DNA of 64,000 nucleotides from an uncultured Gammaproteobacteria bacterium (GTDB lineage: Bacteria > Patescibacteriota > Patescibacteriia > SG8-24 > DYFX01). The notes beneath the pieces are model-generated. The model was not told the DNA's origin and made no database searches. It saw only the letters and a program-made list of their open reading frames with translations. The position numbers and the translations under genes are program-made. The stretch spans positions 116,606-180,605 of the forward strand of contig CAYNUS010000001.1 in assembly GCA_964400625.1 (NCBI GenBank), written 5' to 3'. Within the stretch, counting starts at the first letter, position 1; the number at the start of each line of letters is the position of its first letter. Positions 19,380-28,587 of this stretch are shown piece after piece.

Positions 19380-19892
19380 TTGAAACATCCGCTGGACGCA
19401 GAGGAGACCTACCTGCTGGCGAACCGCCGGTTCCCCGACGACGGCGACCTCGCCGCCTTCAACCTCATCTACGAGATCCGGAACGGCCTGCTCGTGCCGA
19501 CCGACCCCGATGCGGTGCCGGACGGCGAGGCGAAGCTGGTCGGCATCGTCGGGTACCTCGATCTCGGCGATGAGTACTGGATCATGCAGACGCTCGGCAC
19601 GCCCGACGACGCCGACGCCCTGATGCGCGCGATGGAGGAGCGCATCCTCATGCTTCCCGACGCGACGGACGAGGAGCGCGAGGCCGTGCCGACGATCACG
19701 CAGGAGTTCCCCACCGCCATCGGCGCCATGGGCGCCTGGCGCACGCCCGACGGCGCCACCCGCTTCGCCGTCTACCGCCACCCCGACGTCGAGCCGCACC
19801 ACGCCCACGACGTCCTGAAGGGCGTCATCGCGGAGGCCGAAGCCAAGCGCGCGGGCGCCTCGGCGCCTTCGAAGACCATGGTCGAGAACTGA
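19380..19892 (+). CDS. Hypothetical acidic protein, paralog 2
   Basis: TTG start 7 nt after AGGAGG. LANRRFPDDGDLAAFNLIYEIRNG aligns with paralog 3 LANMFFPDDGDLALFNLVIEVMNG. Confidence 0.6.
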   Translation: MKHPLDAEETYLLANRRFPDDGDLAAFNLIYEIRNGLLVPTDPDAVPDGEAKLVGIVGYLDLGDEYWIMQTLGTPDDADALMRAMEERILMLPDATDEEREAVPTITQEFPTAIGAMGAWRTPDGATRFAVYRHPDVEPHHAHDVLKGVIAEAEAKRAGASAPSKTMVEN

Positions 19893-19949
19893 CCCCCGGA
19901 CCTCGTTCCGGGGTTTTTCGTTGACGCGGCGCGCCGAGCGTGGTCAACT
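19893..19949 (+). promoter_or_regulatory. Second terminator (CCCCGGA-cctcgt-TCCGGGG + T5) fused to TTGACG-17-TCAACT promoter cassette
   Basis: Same architecture as 19296-19350 with a different sequence. Confidence 0.5.
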
Positions 19950-19974
19950 GCAGGCTGACCTTTCGGAGGTGCCC

Positions 19975-20469
19975 GTGAAGCGTTTCGAAGCCGACGACGC
20001 GTACCGTCTCGCCAACATGTTCTTTCCCGACGACGGCGACCTCGCCCTCTTCAACCTCGTCATCGAGGTGATGAACGGCAAGCTCCCCTACGAGGTCATC
20101 GACGGCCCCGCCGAGGTGGTGGAAGCCGCCGGCACGGACCTCGCCGCCGCGGTCGGGATGGCCACGATCGGCCAATCCCCCTGCCGCATCAGCTGGGTCT
20201 TCGACCAGGACCACGCCGACAAGAAGGAGGTCCTCATGGACCTCGTCCGCGGCCTCGCGCTGACGCCGCAAGCGAAGGAGCTCCTGGACCTCGAGCGTCC
20301 GCCCTTCACGCTCGCGGCGCTCGCCGCCTGCGAAGGCGAGGACGGGCGCTTCGCCTACGCGCTCTTCCGCCACCCGTCGCTCGACGCGGAGCAGGCGCGC
20401 GTGATCGTCCGCGCCGCGTTCCCGGACGAGGAGCCCGAAGCGGACGAGGATCCGCCCGCCAAGAACTGA
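19975..20469 (+). CDS. Hypothetical acidic protein, paralog 3
   Basis: GTG start 5 nt after GGAGG; homologous to paralog 2. Confidence 0.55.
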   Translation: MKRFEADDAYRLANMFFPDDGDLALFNLVIEVMNGKLPYEVIDGPAEVVEAAGTDLAAAVGMATIGQSPCRISWVFDQDHADKKEVLMDLVRGLALTPQAKELLDLERPPFTLAALAACEGEDGRFAYALFRHPSLDAEQARVIVRAAFPDEEPEADEDPPAKN

Positions 20470-20500
20470 AAACCGCCCCCGTTCCGGGAGCGGTCTTTTA
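20470..20500. terminator. Bidirectional terminator between paralog 3 and tgt
   Basis: Hairpin ACCGCCCCG-ttc-CGGGAGCGGT flanked by A-run and T-run. Confidence 0.5.
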
Positions 20501-21658
20501 TTCGACGATCCAGCTCCGCTTGAACTCCAGGAACCGGTCCTCGAGGATGGCGGCGCGCATGCGGCGCATGAGATCGAGCAGGAAGTGCAGGTTATGGATG
20601 GTGGCGAGGCGGAAGTACGCGAGCTCTTCGGTCTTGAAGAGATGCCGCAGGTACGCGCGCGTATGGCGCGTGCAGGTGGAACAGGCGCATTCCTCGTCGA
20701 TGGGGCGCGTGTCGCGCTCGAAGACGGCGTTGCCGATCTCGATGCGGTACTTCTTCGCGCGGCCGGCCGCGCGGTCGAAGAGCGCGCCATTCCGGGCGGT
20801 GCGCGTCGGCGAGACGCAGTCGAACATGTCGACGCCCGCCTCGACGACGTCGAAGAGGTCTTCCGGCGAGAGGCCGACGCCCATCGTGTAGCGCGCCTTG
20901 TCCTCCGGCATCGCGCCCCGGATCCAACCCAGGATCTCGCGCGTCTTGGCCATGTCGTAGCCGACCGATTCGCCGCCGATGGCGAAGCCGTCGAACGGAC
21001 GGGAGGCGATGAAGTCCGCCGACGCCCGGCGGAGTTCCTCATGCACGCCGCCCTGGACGATGCCGAAGAGCTGCTGCTTGAAGACCGGAGCGTCCGTCTT
21101 GTCCTTAAAGGCTTCGAGGCAGCGGTCGGCCCAGCGGTGCGTGCGCTCCATCGCGGCGCGCGCCTCGTCGAGCGAGGCGGCGTCAGAGGTGCACTGGTCG
21201 AAGGCCATGATGATGTCGGGGGCCAGCTTCTGCTGGACGCGGATGGCTTCCTCCGGCGTGAAACGGTGCTTCGAACCGTCGAGATGCGAGGTGAAGGTGA
21301 CGCCGTCCTCGTCGATCTTCACGAGCGAGCCGGTCGACGCCTTCTTGGCACCGAGCGAGAAGACCTGATAGCCGCCGGAGTCGGTCAGGATGGCGCGGTC
21401 CCACTTCTGGAACTTGTGGACGCCGCCGAGCGCCTTCACCGCGTCCTCGCCCGGGCGCAGGTGCAGGTGGTAGGTGTTGTTCAGGATGATCTCCGCGCCC
21501 AGCGCTTCCATGTCGGCGGCGTCGAGCGACTTCACCGTGGCTTGCGTGCCGACCGGCATGAAGACGGGCGTCAGCACGTCGCCGTGGTCGGTATGCAAAA
21601 CCCCCGCGCGGGCGCGCGAGTCCTTGCTCGTATGGACGTGGGTGAAGTTCTTGGACAT
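20498..21658 (-). CDS. tgt: Queuine tRNA-ribosyltransferase Tgt
   Basis: Zinc site CACSTCTRH, catalytic region DSGGYQ; full length 386 aa. Confidence 0.92.
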   Translation of the reverse strand: MSKNFTHVHTSKDSRARAGVLHTDHGDVLTPVFMPVGTQATVKSLDAADMEALGAEIILNNTYHLHLRPGEDAVKALGGVHKFQKWDRAILTDSGGYQVFSLGAKKASTGSLVKIDEDGVTFTSHLDGSKHRFTPEEAIRVQQKLAPDIIMAFDQCTSDAASLDEARAAMERTHRWADRCLEAFKDKTDAPVFKQQLFGIVQGGVHEELRRASADFIASRPFDGFAIGGESVGYDMAKTREILGWIRGAMPEDKARYTMGVGLSPEDLFDVVEAGVDMFDCVSPTRTARNGALFDRAAGRAKKYRIEIGNAVFERDTRPIDEECACSTCTRHTRAYLRHLFKTEELAYFRLATIHNLHFLLDLMRRMRAAILEDRFLEFKRSWIVE

Positions 21659-21691
21659 GACACGCCATCATGGACGAAAAAACGCCCGCGG

Positions 21692-22111
21692 TCAAGCGGA
21701 CGTCGCGAGATGCGCCTTGATGGCCGCGAGCGCTGCAGGATTGATGAAGTCGCTGTCGAGCTCGTCGGGGCGCTTCCATTCCCACGCCCCGAACTTCTCC
21801 GGCTCCATGTTCACGGGCTCCTGCGAGCTTTCGGCGACGAAGACGTGGAGGACGTCGCCTTCGAAGGCGCCTGGGACGGTCCCGAGGCCCGCGATCACCC
21901 GCAGGTCCGTGAGACCGACCTCTTCGCGCGCCTCGCGGCGCATGGCGTCTTCAGGCGTCTCGCCGGGTTCGCAGCGGCCGCCCGGCAAGGTCCAGACGGA
22001 GATCTCCTTCCATTTTTCCGCGGTGTAGTGCCGCAGACCGACGAGGATGCGGCCTTCGCGCAGGACGGCCGCGACGGCGCAATCTTTTTCCTTCGGTTCC
22101 GGAATCGCCAT
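21692..22111 (-). CDS. NUDIX hydrolase
   Basis: Nudix box GGRCEPGETPEDAMRREAREEVGL. Start trimmed from track ORF 22513 to ATG 22111. Confidence 0.85.
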   Translation of the reverse strand: MAIPEPKEKDCAVAAVLREGRILVGLRHYTAEKWKEISVWTLPGGRCEPGETPEDAMRREAREEVGLTDLRVIAGLGTVPGAFEGDVLHVFVAESSQEPVNMEPEKFGAWEWKRPDELDSDFINPAALAAIKAHLATSA

Positions 22112-22143
22112 GCGGTCGAGGATAGAGGACGCGACCCTCCGCG

Positions 22144-22554
22144 TCAAACGCAGAGCTCGGTCGAGAAGTCCTCGTGTCCGCGTCCGGGCCAGCACTGGTG
22201 GGTGGAGGCCGACGACGCCACGGCCCAGGCGCCGTCGCGCCATTCGAGGACGGCTTCGACGCGCGAGGCCTTCACCGAATCGTCGAAGAAACCGTCGTGC
22301 GTGATCGCGACCGTCGCGCGCAGGCCTTCGACCGCGACGGCGATCTCGCAGGAGCGGTACCGTTCCGGTTCGCCCTCGGAGAGGCAGTCCTCCGGCTTCA
22401 CGCCCAGGAGCTCCATCGCGCGTTCGCGCGTGAGTTCCGCCGGGCCTTCCGGCGCCTGCGCGGGACGCTTGAGGACGAGGAACGCCGCGCCCAGGAGGAC
22501 GACGGCCACGCACGCGGCGATGAGGGATTTCTTCGGCATGCTTCCATGATTCAC
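22144..22554 (-). CDS. Hypothetical secreted/membrane-anchored small protein
   Basis: N-terminal signal/TM (KKSLIAACVAVVLLGAAFLVL); alternative start at 22539. Confidence 0.5.
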   Translation of the reverse strand: MNHGSMPKKSLIAACVAVVLLGAAFLVLKRPAQAPEGPAELTRERAMELLGVKPEDCLSEGEPERYRSCEIAVAVEGLRATVAITHDGFFDDSVKASRVEAVLEWRDGAWAVASSASTHQCWPGRGHEDFSTELCV

Positions 22555-22579
22555 CGTTCCGGAACCCGGGTCAAGGCAT

Positions 22580-22993
22580 TCACCACTCGCCTCTCGGCGC
22601 CTTCCGCGACTTCTTCTTCTCGCCCACGATCCGCTTCTGCTCGACGCGCTTCCGCTTCTGCGCGCGGCTGACCTTCGTCGGCGTCCGCTTCTTCCGCGGC
22701 GCGAGCGCCCGCGCGACGAGCGCGTTCAGCCGCCGGATGGCTTCCTCCCTGTTCCGCGGCTGCGACCGCTCCGATTCCGCCGCCAGCACGATCTCGTCTT
22801 CCTTGTTCAACAGCTTCCCAGCGAACACGCGGATCAAGGCCTTCTGTTCATCCGTAAACGCCGCCGAAGCGCCGACGTTCCACCGCACCTGGGCCTTGCT
22901 CGACACCTTGTTCACATTCTGCCCGCCGGGCCCGGAGGAACGGGCGAAGTCGAGGTGGAGTTCGGAGGTGGGGATGTTGGGATTAGAAATCAT
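22580..22993 (-). CDS. arfB: Alternative ribosome-rescue factor ArfB (peptidyl-tRNA hydrolase, RF-like GGQ protein)
   Basis: SGPGGQNVNKV GGQ motif and basic C-terminal tail; 137 aa. Confidence 0.85.
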   Translation of the reverse strand: MISNPNIPTSELHLDFARSSGPGGQNVNKVSSKAQVRWNVGASAAFTDEQKALIRVFAGKLLNKEDEIVLAAESERSQPRNREEAIRRLNALVARALAPRKKRTPTKVSRAQKRKRVEQKRIVGEKKKSRKAPRGEW

Positions 22994-23004
22994 TCAAATC
23001 CCAA

Positions 23005-23526
23005 CTAGAGGGTCGGAGCGAGATACTTCTCAACCAGGGTCTCGTACTCCTCATAAATCTTGGGGTCGATTTTCCAACCGCCTTCGTTCATCATCGGGTG
23101 ACAGGCCAAGGTCCCGTTCTCAGCAAGATATGGAGCATCAGCAACTTGGAAAAATGGTTTCTGCGTGGAATTTACGAAGACGACCTTCGCATTCCAAAAA
23201 CTACCGATCTTTTCGAGTCGCGCTCGATCTTTTTTATGAGGAAGGCCATGCATTCGGAACTTCACCTCAACGAAAATCGATTCTCCAGAATCTGTAATCA
23301 CGATAAAGTCTGGAATAGATCGGATGCGCTCGCCAGCATCACTGTATCTATCAAAAATATTCTTGATCTGCGTCAGGTTTTGAAGAATCGCCTCATAACC
23401 AAAGCGGTATACGGTGTTGCCTGATTTTTTCAGCAACTCTTCAACCAACGTTTCAGCCATACGACCCTTGAGCACTGATTCGGGGTCGAAGTTGCTTTCA
23501 CTCTTGCTGACGTAATCCTTCGTCAT
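23005..23526 (-). CDS. PD-(D/E)xK nuclease-fold protein (Hjc/YraN-like core with ~80-aa C-terminal extension), horizontally acquired
   Basis: Real start MTKDYVSK at ATG (rc) 23524-23526. Core AETLVEELLKKSGNTVYR...IPDFIVITDSGESIFVEVKFR matches the E...PD...(D/E)xK arrangement. Local GC about 46% versus about 68-70% in flanks. The track ORF 24948 extension is an antisense-of-gpmI artefact. Confidence 0.75.
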   Translation of the reverse strand: MTKDYVSKSESNFDPESVLKGRMAETLVEELLKKSGNTVYRFGYEAILQNLTQIKNIFDRYSDAGERIRSIPDFIVITDSGESIFVEVKFRMHGLPHKKDRARLEKIGSFWNAKVVFVNSTQKPFFQVADAPYLAENGTLACHPMMNEGGWKIDPKIYEEYETLVEKYLAPTL

Positions 23527-23537
23527 ATACCTACGAC

Positions 23538-25109
23538 TCAAATCAACGGCCTCCCCGTCATATCCTGCGGCTGAGGAATCCCCATGATGCGGAGCACCGT
23601 CGGCGTGACGTCGGAAAGCATCCCGACCGGGGGCGAGAGGCTCAAGTCCCCTCCCACCATTTCCTGCGCTTCGCCGGCCATGCCTTCGAACTGGCGGCCG
23701 ATGACGATGAGCGGGACGGGGTACGTCGAATGTTCCTTGTCGATGGAACCGGTCTGGAGGTTCACGACTTCCTCGGCGTTGCCGTGGTCGGCGGTGACGA
23801 CCATGGCGCCGTCCTTGGCGAGCACGGCGTCCGCGATCTTGCCCACGCATTCGTCGACGACCTCGGCGGCTTTCTTGGTGGCCTCGAGGTTTCCGGTATG
23901 CCCCACCATGTCGCCGTTGGCGAAGTTCACGGCGATGAGGTCGTAGGTACCCGCGTCGATCTCCTTCAGGATGCGGTCGGTGAGCTCGCGCGCGGACATC
24001 TCCGGCTGCTGGTCGTACGACGGCACCTTCGGCGACGGCACGATGGCGCGGTCCTCGCCCGGATACGGATCTTCCTTCATGCCGTTCAGGAAGAACGTCA
24101 CGTGCGCGTACTTCTCCGTCTCGGCGATGTGCAGCTGCTTCATCCCCGCGTCGGAGACGACCTTGGCGAGGCAGGTGGAGATGGGCTGGGGCGGGAAGGC
24201 GACCTCGGCGGGGAGATCCTTCTCGAACTCCGACATCGTCACGAACTTCAGCTCGCGCATGTACGGCCGCTCGAACTTGTCGAAGCTCGGCAGGACGAAG
24301 GCCTTCGTGAGCTCGCGGGCGCGGTCCGGGCGGAAGTTGAAGAAGATGACGGAGTCGCCGTCCTTGATGCTGCCGACGGGCTGGCCGCCTTCGGTGATGA
24401 CGGTCGGCACGAACTCCTCGTCGTAGACCTTGGCTTCGTAGGAGGCCTTGATGGCGGCGATCGGGTCGGTCGCGGTCGCGTCGGCCTTGCCGTCGACCAT
24501 CGCGCGGTACGCCTTCTCGACGCGGTCCCAGCGGTTGTCGCGGTCCATCGCGTAGAAGCGTCCGGAGAGCGAGGCGACCTTGCCGACGCCGTTCTGCCTC
24601 ATGCGCTCCATCGCGCGGCCGACGAAGTCGACGCCCGCGTTGAAGGTCGTGTCGCGTCCGTCGAGGATGGCGTGCAGGAAGAGTTCCTTCACGCCGCCGG
24701 CCTTGGCCATGTCGAGGAGCGCGAGGAGATGCTCGAGCGAGGCGTGGACGTTGCCGATCGAGGTGAGGCCGACGAGATGCACCTTGCCGCCGTTCAGCTG
24801 GGCGTGCTCGAAGGCGCCGAGGATGACACGGTTCCTCGCGAACTCGCCGCTCTGGATGGAGCGGTTGATGCGCGGGAGGCTCTGGTAATACACCTTGCCG
24901 GCGCCGATCGTGAGATGGCCCACTTCGGAATTGCCCATCTCGCCCCACATGAGGCCGACCTCTTCGCCCGAGGCGAGGACGGTCATGGCGGGATATTTGG
25001 CGGCGAATTCGCGGAGGCGCGGCGTCTCGGCCAGCGCGAGCGCGTTTCCGGAATCCGGCGGAGCGACGCCCCAGCCGTCGAGGATGGCGAGCACGATGGG
25101 TTTGGCCAT
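23538..25109 (-). CDS. gpmI: 2,3-bisphosphoglycerate-independent phosphoglycerate mutase, copy 1
   Basis: MAKPIVLAILDGWG..., full-length iPGM; GGAGG RBS. Confidence 0.92.
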   Translation of the reverse strand: MAKPIVLAILDGWGVAPPDSGNALALAETPRLREFAAKYPAMTVLASGEEVGLMWGEMGNSEVGHLTIGAGKVYYQSLPRINRSIQSGEFARNRVILGAFEHAQLNGGKVHLVGLTSIGNVHASLEHLLALLDMAKAGGVKELFLHAILDGRDTTFNAGVDFVGRAMERMRQNGVGKVASLSGRFYAMDRDNRWDRVEKAYRAMVDGKADATATDPIAAIKASYEAKVYDEEFVPTVITEGGQPVGSIKDGDSVIFFNFRPDRARELTKAFVLPSFDKFERPYMRELKFVTMSEFEKDLPAEVAFPPQPISTCLAKVVSDAGMKQLHIAETEKYAHVTFFLNGMKEDPYPGEDRAIVPSPKVPSYDQQPEMSARELTDRILKEIDAGTYDLIAVNFANGDMVGHTGNLEATKKAAEVVDECVGKIADAVLAKDGAMVVTADHGNAEEVVNLQTGSIDKEHSTYPVPLIVIGRQFEGMAGEAQEMVGGDLSLSPPVGMLSDVTPTVLRIMGIPQPQDMTGRPLI

Positions 25110-25116
25110 AGTCCTC

Positions 25117-25150
25117 CTATCGTATGCCTGTTCCGCCTCATTTTCAAGGT
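25117..25150 (-). terminator. Terminator of the 25182..25691 gene
   Basis: AACCGCTT-cacc-AAGCGGTT followed by T6 on the minus strand. Confidence 0.55.
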
Positions 25151-25181
25151 CGAAAAAACCGCTTGGTGAAGCGGTTCGCGG

Positions 25182-25691
25182 TCAGCCGTCGCCGTTCAGG
25201 AGCAGGGCGGAGGGCTGGGTCTCGAGCAGGGAGCGGATCGTGAGCGTGCCGGCGTCATAGGCCGCGAGGGTCGCGGCGCTGAAGCGTCCGCCCTGGGCGC
25301 TGGCCAGGAGCTGGCGCTCGGTCGCGCCGCAGCGCGCGAGGAACGCCGGCGCGTCGCGGATCATCTCCATGAGCGGCGTGCGGAACATCTTCAGCGCGTC
25401 CGTCATCATGGCGGCCATCTCGCCGACCGGCATGGGCAGAAGGTCCGCGGGGATCGCGCCGAACAGCTTCTCGACGAACCCGGAGTCCAGGCAGTGCTCG
25501 GTCACGGCCAGCTTGGCCTCCATCATGGCCGGCAGGTCGATCGCGCGATCGAGCTGACCGACGAGCACGGCGGGCAGGTCGTCGACCAGCTCGCGGAAGA
25601 CGGGCTGGGCCTGCTCGGGCATGCCGGCGGTGAACGCGGGATCGGCCATGAGGCTGTCCCAGATCTTCTTCGTATCCAAAGGTGCGGACAT
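25182..25691 (-). CDS. Hypothetical protein (169 aa)
   Basis: Coding-like composition, own terminator; GGAGG-like RBS (rc of cctccagg). Confidence 0.5.
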   Translation of the reverse strand: MSAPLDTKKIWDSLMADPAFTAGMPEQAQPVFRELVDDLPAVLVGQLDRAIDLPAMMEAKLAVTEHCLDSGFVEKLFGAIPADLLPMPVGEMAAMMTDALKMFRTPLMEMIRDAPAFLARCGATERQLLASAQGGRFSAATLAAYDAGTLTIRSLLETQPSALLLNGDG

Positions 25692-25744
25692 GTTTCCTCC
25701 AGGCGCTTTCTACACGAAAAAAGCCGTCCCGTCAAGGGCCGGCT

Positions 25745-27319
25745 TCAGTCGGACAGCAGCGAACGTCCCGTCATCTCCTCGGGCGGACGGATGCCCATGA
25801 CGTCGAGGATCGTCGGGGCGACGTCGCCGAGCACGCCGCGCGGCAGTTCGCGGTAGCCCTTGAGCGCCTTGCTCGCGATCACGAACGGCACCGGGTTCAC
25901 GCTGTGCTCCGTCTCGATGGCGCCCGTCGTGACGTCGATCATCTCCTCGACGTTGCCGTGGTCGGCGGTGACGACGAGCGTGCCGTCCAGCTCCTGGACC
26001 GCTTCCCACAGGCGGCCGATGCAGGCGTCGATGACCTCGAGGGCGCGCACGGAGGCGTCGAGATTGCCCGTGTGCGAGACCATGTCCGCGTTCGCGTAGT
26101 TCAAGGCGATGAAGTGGTACGCGCCGGTCTTGAGCTTCTTGAGCACCTGCGTCGTGAGCTCCTCGGCCATCATCTCGGGCGCCATGTCGTAGCGCGGGAT
26201 CTTGAGCGACTCCACCTTGAGGCGCTCCTCGCCGAACTGCGTGTCGGCGTAGCCGCCGTTGAAGAAGAACGTGATGTGCGAGAACTTCTCGGATTCGGCG
26301 GCGTAGAGCTGCTTCTTCCCCTGGAGCACGGCGGGCAGGGCGTTCTTGATGTCGCGGCCCGGGTAGGCGGTGAGGACGAAGGGCAGGTCGGGGCCGAAGT
26401 CCGTCATGGCGGCGAAGCGCGTGTTGTCCGGCCAACGGCGGCGCGTGAAGGCGCCCGGCACGGCCGTCTCGAAATCCGGCATCACGAGCGCCTTGGTGAG
26501 CTGGCGCGCGCGGTCGGAGCGCAGGTTGAAGAAGACGAAGACGTCGTCGTCCTGCGCGACGGCGACAGGTTTCATCTCGCGGTCGACGATGACCGTCGGC
26601 AGGATGAACTCGTCCGTCTCGCCGCGGTTGTAGGCCTGGAGGAGCGCCGTCTCGGCCGAGGGCGCCGCGAGGCCTTCGCCGTTCACGATGGCGTGGTACG
26701 CGAGCTCGACGCGCTCCCAGTTGCGGTTGCGGTCCATCGGGAAGAAGCGCCCCATCACCGTGGCGATGCGCTCGCCGGGCCGCAGGCGCGACTCGATCTC
26801 GTGGATCTGCGCGGGCGCGGCGAAGCGCGGCCCGTCGCGGCCGTCGGTGAAGAGGTGCAGGGCGATGTCGCGGAGCTCCATGCGCCGGCAGGTCTCGAGC
26901 AGGCCGTAGAGATGCTCCATCGAGGCGTGCGCGGAGCGGCCGTTCGAGACCATGCCCATGAGATGCACGCGCGTGCCGTACTTCTGCGCGTGCTTGAGCG
27001 CCTCGATGATGGCCGTGTTCTTGAAGAACGTGCCGTCCTCGATGGCCTCGTTGATGTAGACCGCGTCCTGCTTCACGATGCGGCCCGCGCCGAGGTTCAT
27101 GTGGCCCGCTTCGGAATTGCCCGGCTGGCCCTTGGGAAGCCCGACGTGGCGTCCGTGCGCGAAAAGCTCCGTGTGGGGATAGTGCTCCCACAGGTCCATC
27201 ATGGTCGGCATCGCGGCCATGAGCACCGCGTTGCCTTGGAGCCCGGCCGGCGCCGAACCGAAGCCGTCGCAGATGGCCAGCACCACGGGCTTCACCTTGT
27301 CTCCCCCTTTGTCGGGCAT
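25745..27319 (-). CDS. gpmI: 2,3-bisphosphoglycerate-independent phosphoglycerate mutase, copy 2 (divergent paralog)
   Basis: [21 protein letters not shown]... Start ATG overlaps the eno stop (TGATG). Start trimmed from track ORF 28072. Confidence 0.9.
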   Translation of the reverse strand: MPDKGGDKVKPVVLAICDGFGSAPAGLQGNAVLMAAMPTMMDLWEHYPHTELFAHGRHVGLPKGQPGNSEAGHMNLGAGRIVKQDAVYINEAIEDGTFFKNTAIIEALKHAQKYGTRVHLMGMVSNGRSAHASMEHLYGLLETCRRMELRDIALHLFTDGRDGPRFAAPAQIHEIESRLRPGERIATVMGRFFPMDRNRNWERVELAYHAIVNGEGLAAPSAETALLQAYNRGETDEFILPTVIVDREMKPVAVAQDDDVFVFFNLRSDRARQLTKALVMPDFETAVPGAFTRRRWPDNTRFAAMTDFGPDLPFVLTAYPGRDIKNALPAVLQGKKQLYAAESEKFSHITFFFNGGYADTQFGEERLKVESLKIPRYDMAPEMMAEELTTQVLKKLKTGAYHFIALNYANADMVSHTGNLDASVRALEVIDACIGRLWEAVQELDGTLVVTADHGNVEEMIDVTTGAIETEHSVNPVPFVIASKALKGYRELPRGVLGDVAPTILDVMGIRPPEEMTGRSLLSD

Positions 27320-28578
27320 CAGGCTTCGGTTTCGTCTTCGATCTCCGTCAGGCGGTTGTACTTCTCGAGGCGCTCGCTGCGCGAGAGCGATCCGGTCTTG
27401 ATGAACTCCGCGCCGGTCGCGACCGCGAGGTCGGCGATGAAGGTGTCGGCGGTCTCTCCGGAGCGGTGCGAGACGGCGACCTTGTAGCCGTGCTGCTGCG
27501 CCATGCGGATGGCGTCGATGGTCTCGGAGAGCGAGCCGATCTGGTTCACCTTGATCAGGATGGCGTTGGCCACGCCCTCGCGGATGCCCTTGCGCAGGCG
27601 CTCGACGTTCGTGACGAAGAGGTCGTCGCCGACGAGCGCGAGCTTCTTGCCGAGCGCGTCCGTCAGGAGCTTCCAGCCGTCCCAGTCGTCTTCGGCGCAG
27701 CCGTCCTCGAGCGAGATGAGCGGATACTTGGCGGCGAGCGCCTTCCACATCGCGACCATGCCCTTGGCGTCGAGCTTCTTGCCGTCGGTCTTGAGGATAT
27801 ACTTCTTCTTTTTCGCGTCGTAGAACTCGGAGGCGGCCGGGTCGGTGCCGAAGGCCACGTCCTTGCCGAGCTTGTACTTGGCCTTGCGCACGGCCGCGGC
27901 CATGAGCTCGAAGGCCTGCGCGTTCTTCTTCAGTTTCGGCGCGAAGCCGCCTTCGTCGCCGACGCCGACGGAGAAGCCCTTGTCCTTCAGGATGCCGCGC
28001 AGCGCATGGAAGACTTCCGAGCCGCAGCGGAGGCGGTCGCGGAACTTCCGCTGCTTCGGGATGATCATGCATTCCTGAAAGTCGATGCTCCAGCCGGCGT
28101 GCGCGCCGCCGTTCATGACGTTCATCATCGGGAGCGGCAGGCGGTACGCGTCGCGCGGAAGGTCGTAGACGTCGCGAAGGTAGCGGTAGAGCGGGAGGCC
28201 GAGCGAGGTGGCGCCGGCGCGGGCGGCGGCCAAGGAGACGCCGAGGATGGCGTTGGCGCCGAGCTTCTCCTTGTTGTGCGTGCCGTCGAGGTCGCGCATC
28301 TTGCCGTCGATCTTGCGCTGTTCCTGCACCTCCATGCCGCGGAGCGCGTCGGCGATGGGGCCGTCGACGTTCCTGATGGCCTTCAGCACCCCGAGCCCGC
28401 GGTAGCGGCGCTTGTCGCCGTCGCGCATCTCGAGCGCCTCATGGACGCCGGTGGAAGCGCCCGAAGGCACCGAGGCCTTGGCCACGGTGCCGTCGGAGAG
28501 CGTCATCTTCACCTCGACGGTCGGGTTGCCGCGCGAATCGAGGATCTCGCGGCCTTTGATTTCCCTGATGGTGGGCAT
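27319..28578 (-). CDS. eno: Enolase
   Basis: [23 protein letters not shown]... Confidence 0.95.
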   Translation of the reverse strand: MPTIREIKGREILDSRGNPTVEVKMTLSDGTVAKASVPSGASTGVHEALEMRDGDKRRYRGLGVLKAIRNVDGPIADALRGMEVQEQRKIDGKMRDLDGTHNKEKLGANAILGVSLAAARAGATSLGLPLYRYLRDVYDLPRDAYRLPLPMMNVMNGGAHAGWSIDFQECMIIPKQRKFRDRLRCGSEVFHALRGILKDKGFSVGVGDEGGFAPKLKKNAQAFELMAAAVRKAKYKLGKDVAFGTDPAASEFYDAKKKKYILKTDGKKLDAKGMVAMWKALAAKYPLISLEDGCAEDDWDGWKLLTDALGKKLALVGDDLFVTNVERLRKGIREGVANAILIKVNQIGSLSETIDAIRMAQQHGYKVAVSHRSGETADTFIADLAVATGAEFIKTGSLSRSERLEKYNRLTEIEDETEA

Positions 28579-28587
28579 CGTCGGTCG

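Noticed and set aside
22990-23002. TTCAAATCC motif resembling a tRNA T-loop
   Set aside because: No flanking stems. It lies in the 11-bp junction between the PD-(D/E)xK gene stop and the arfB start.
23098-23424. 108-aa plus-strand ORF inside the low-GC island
   Set aside because: Entirely antisense to the PD-(D/E)xK gene, with no RBS or promoter. A long ORF is mildly unexpected at 46% GC, but there is no supporting feature, so it is treated as an artefact.
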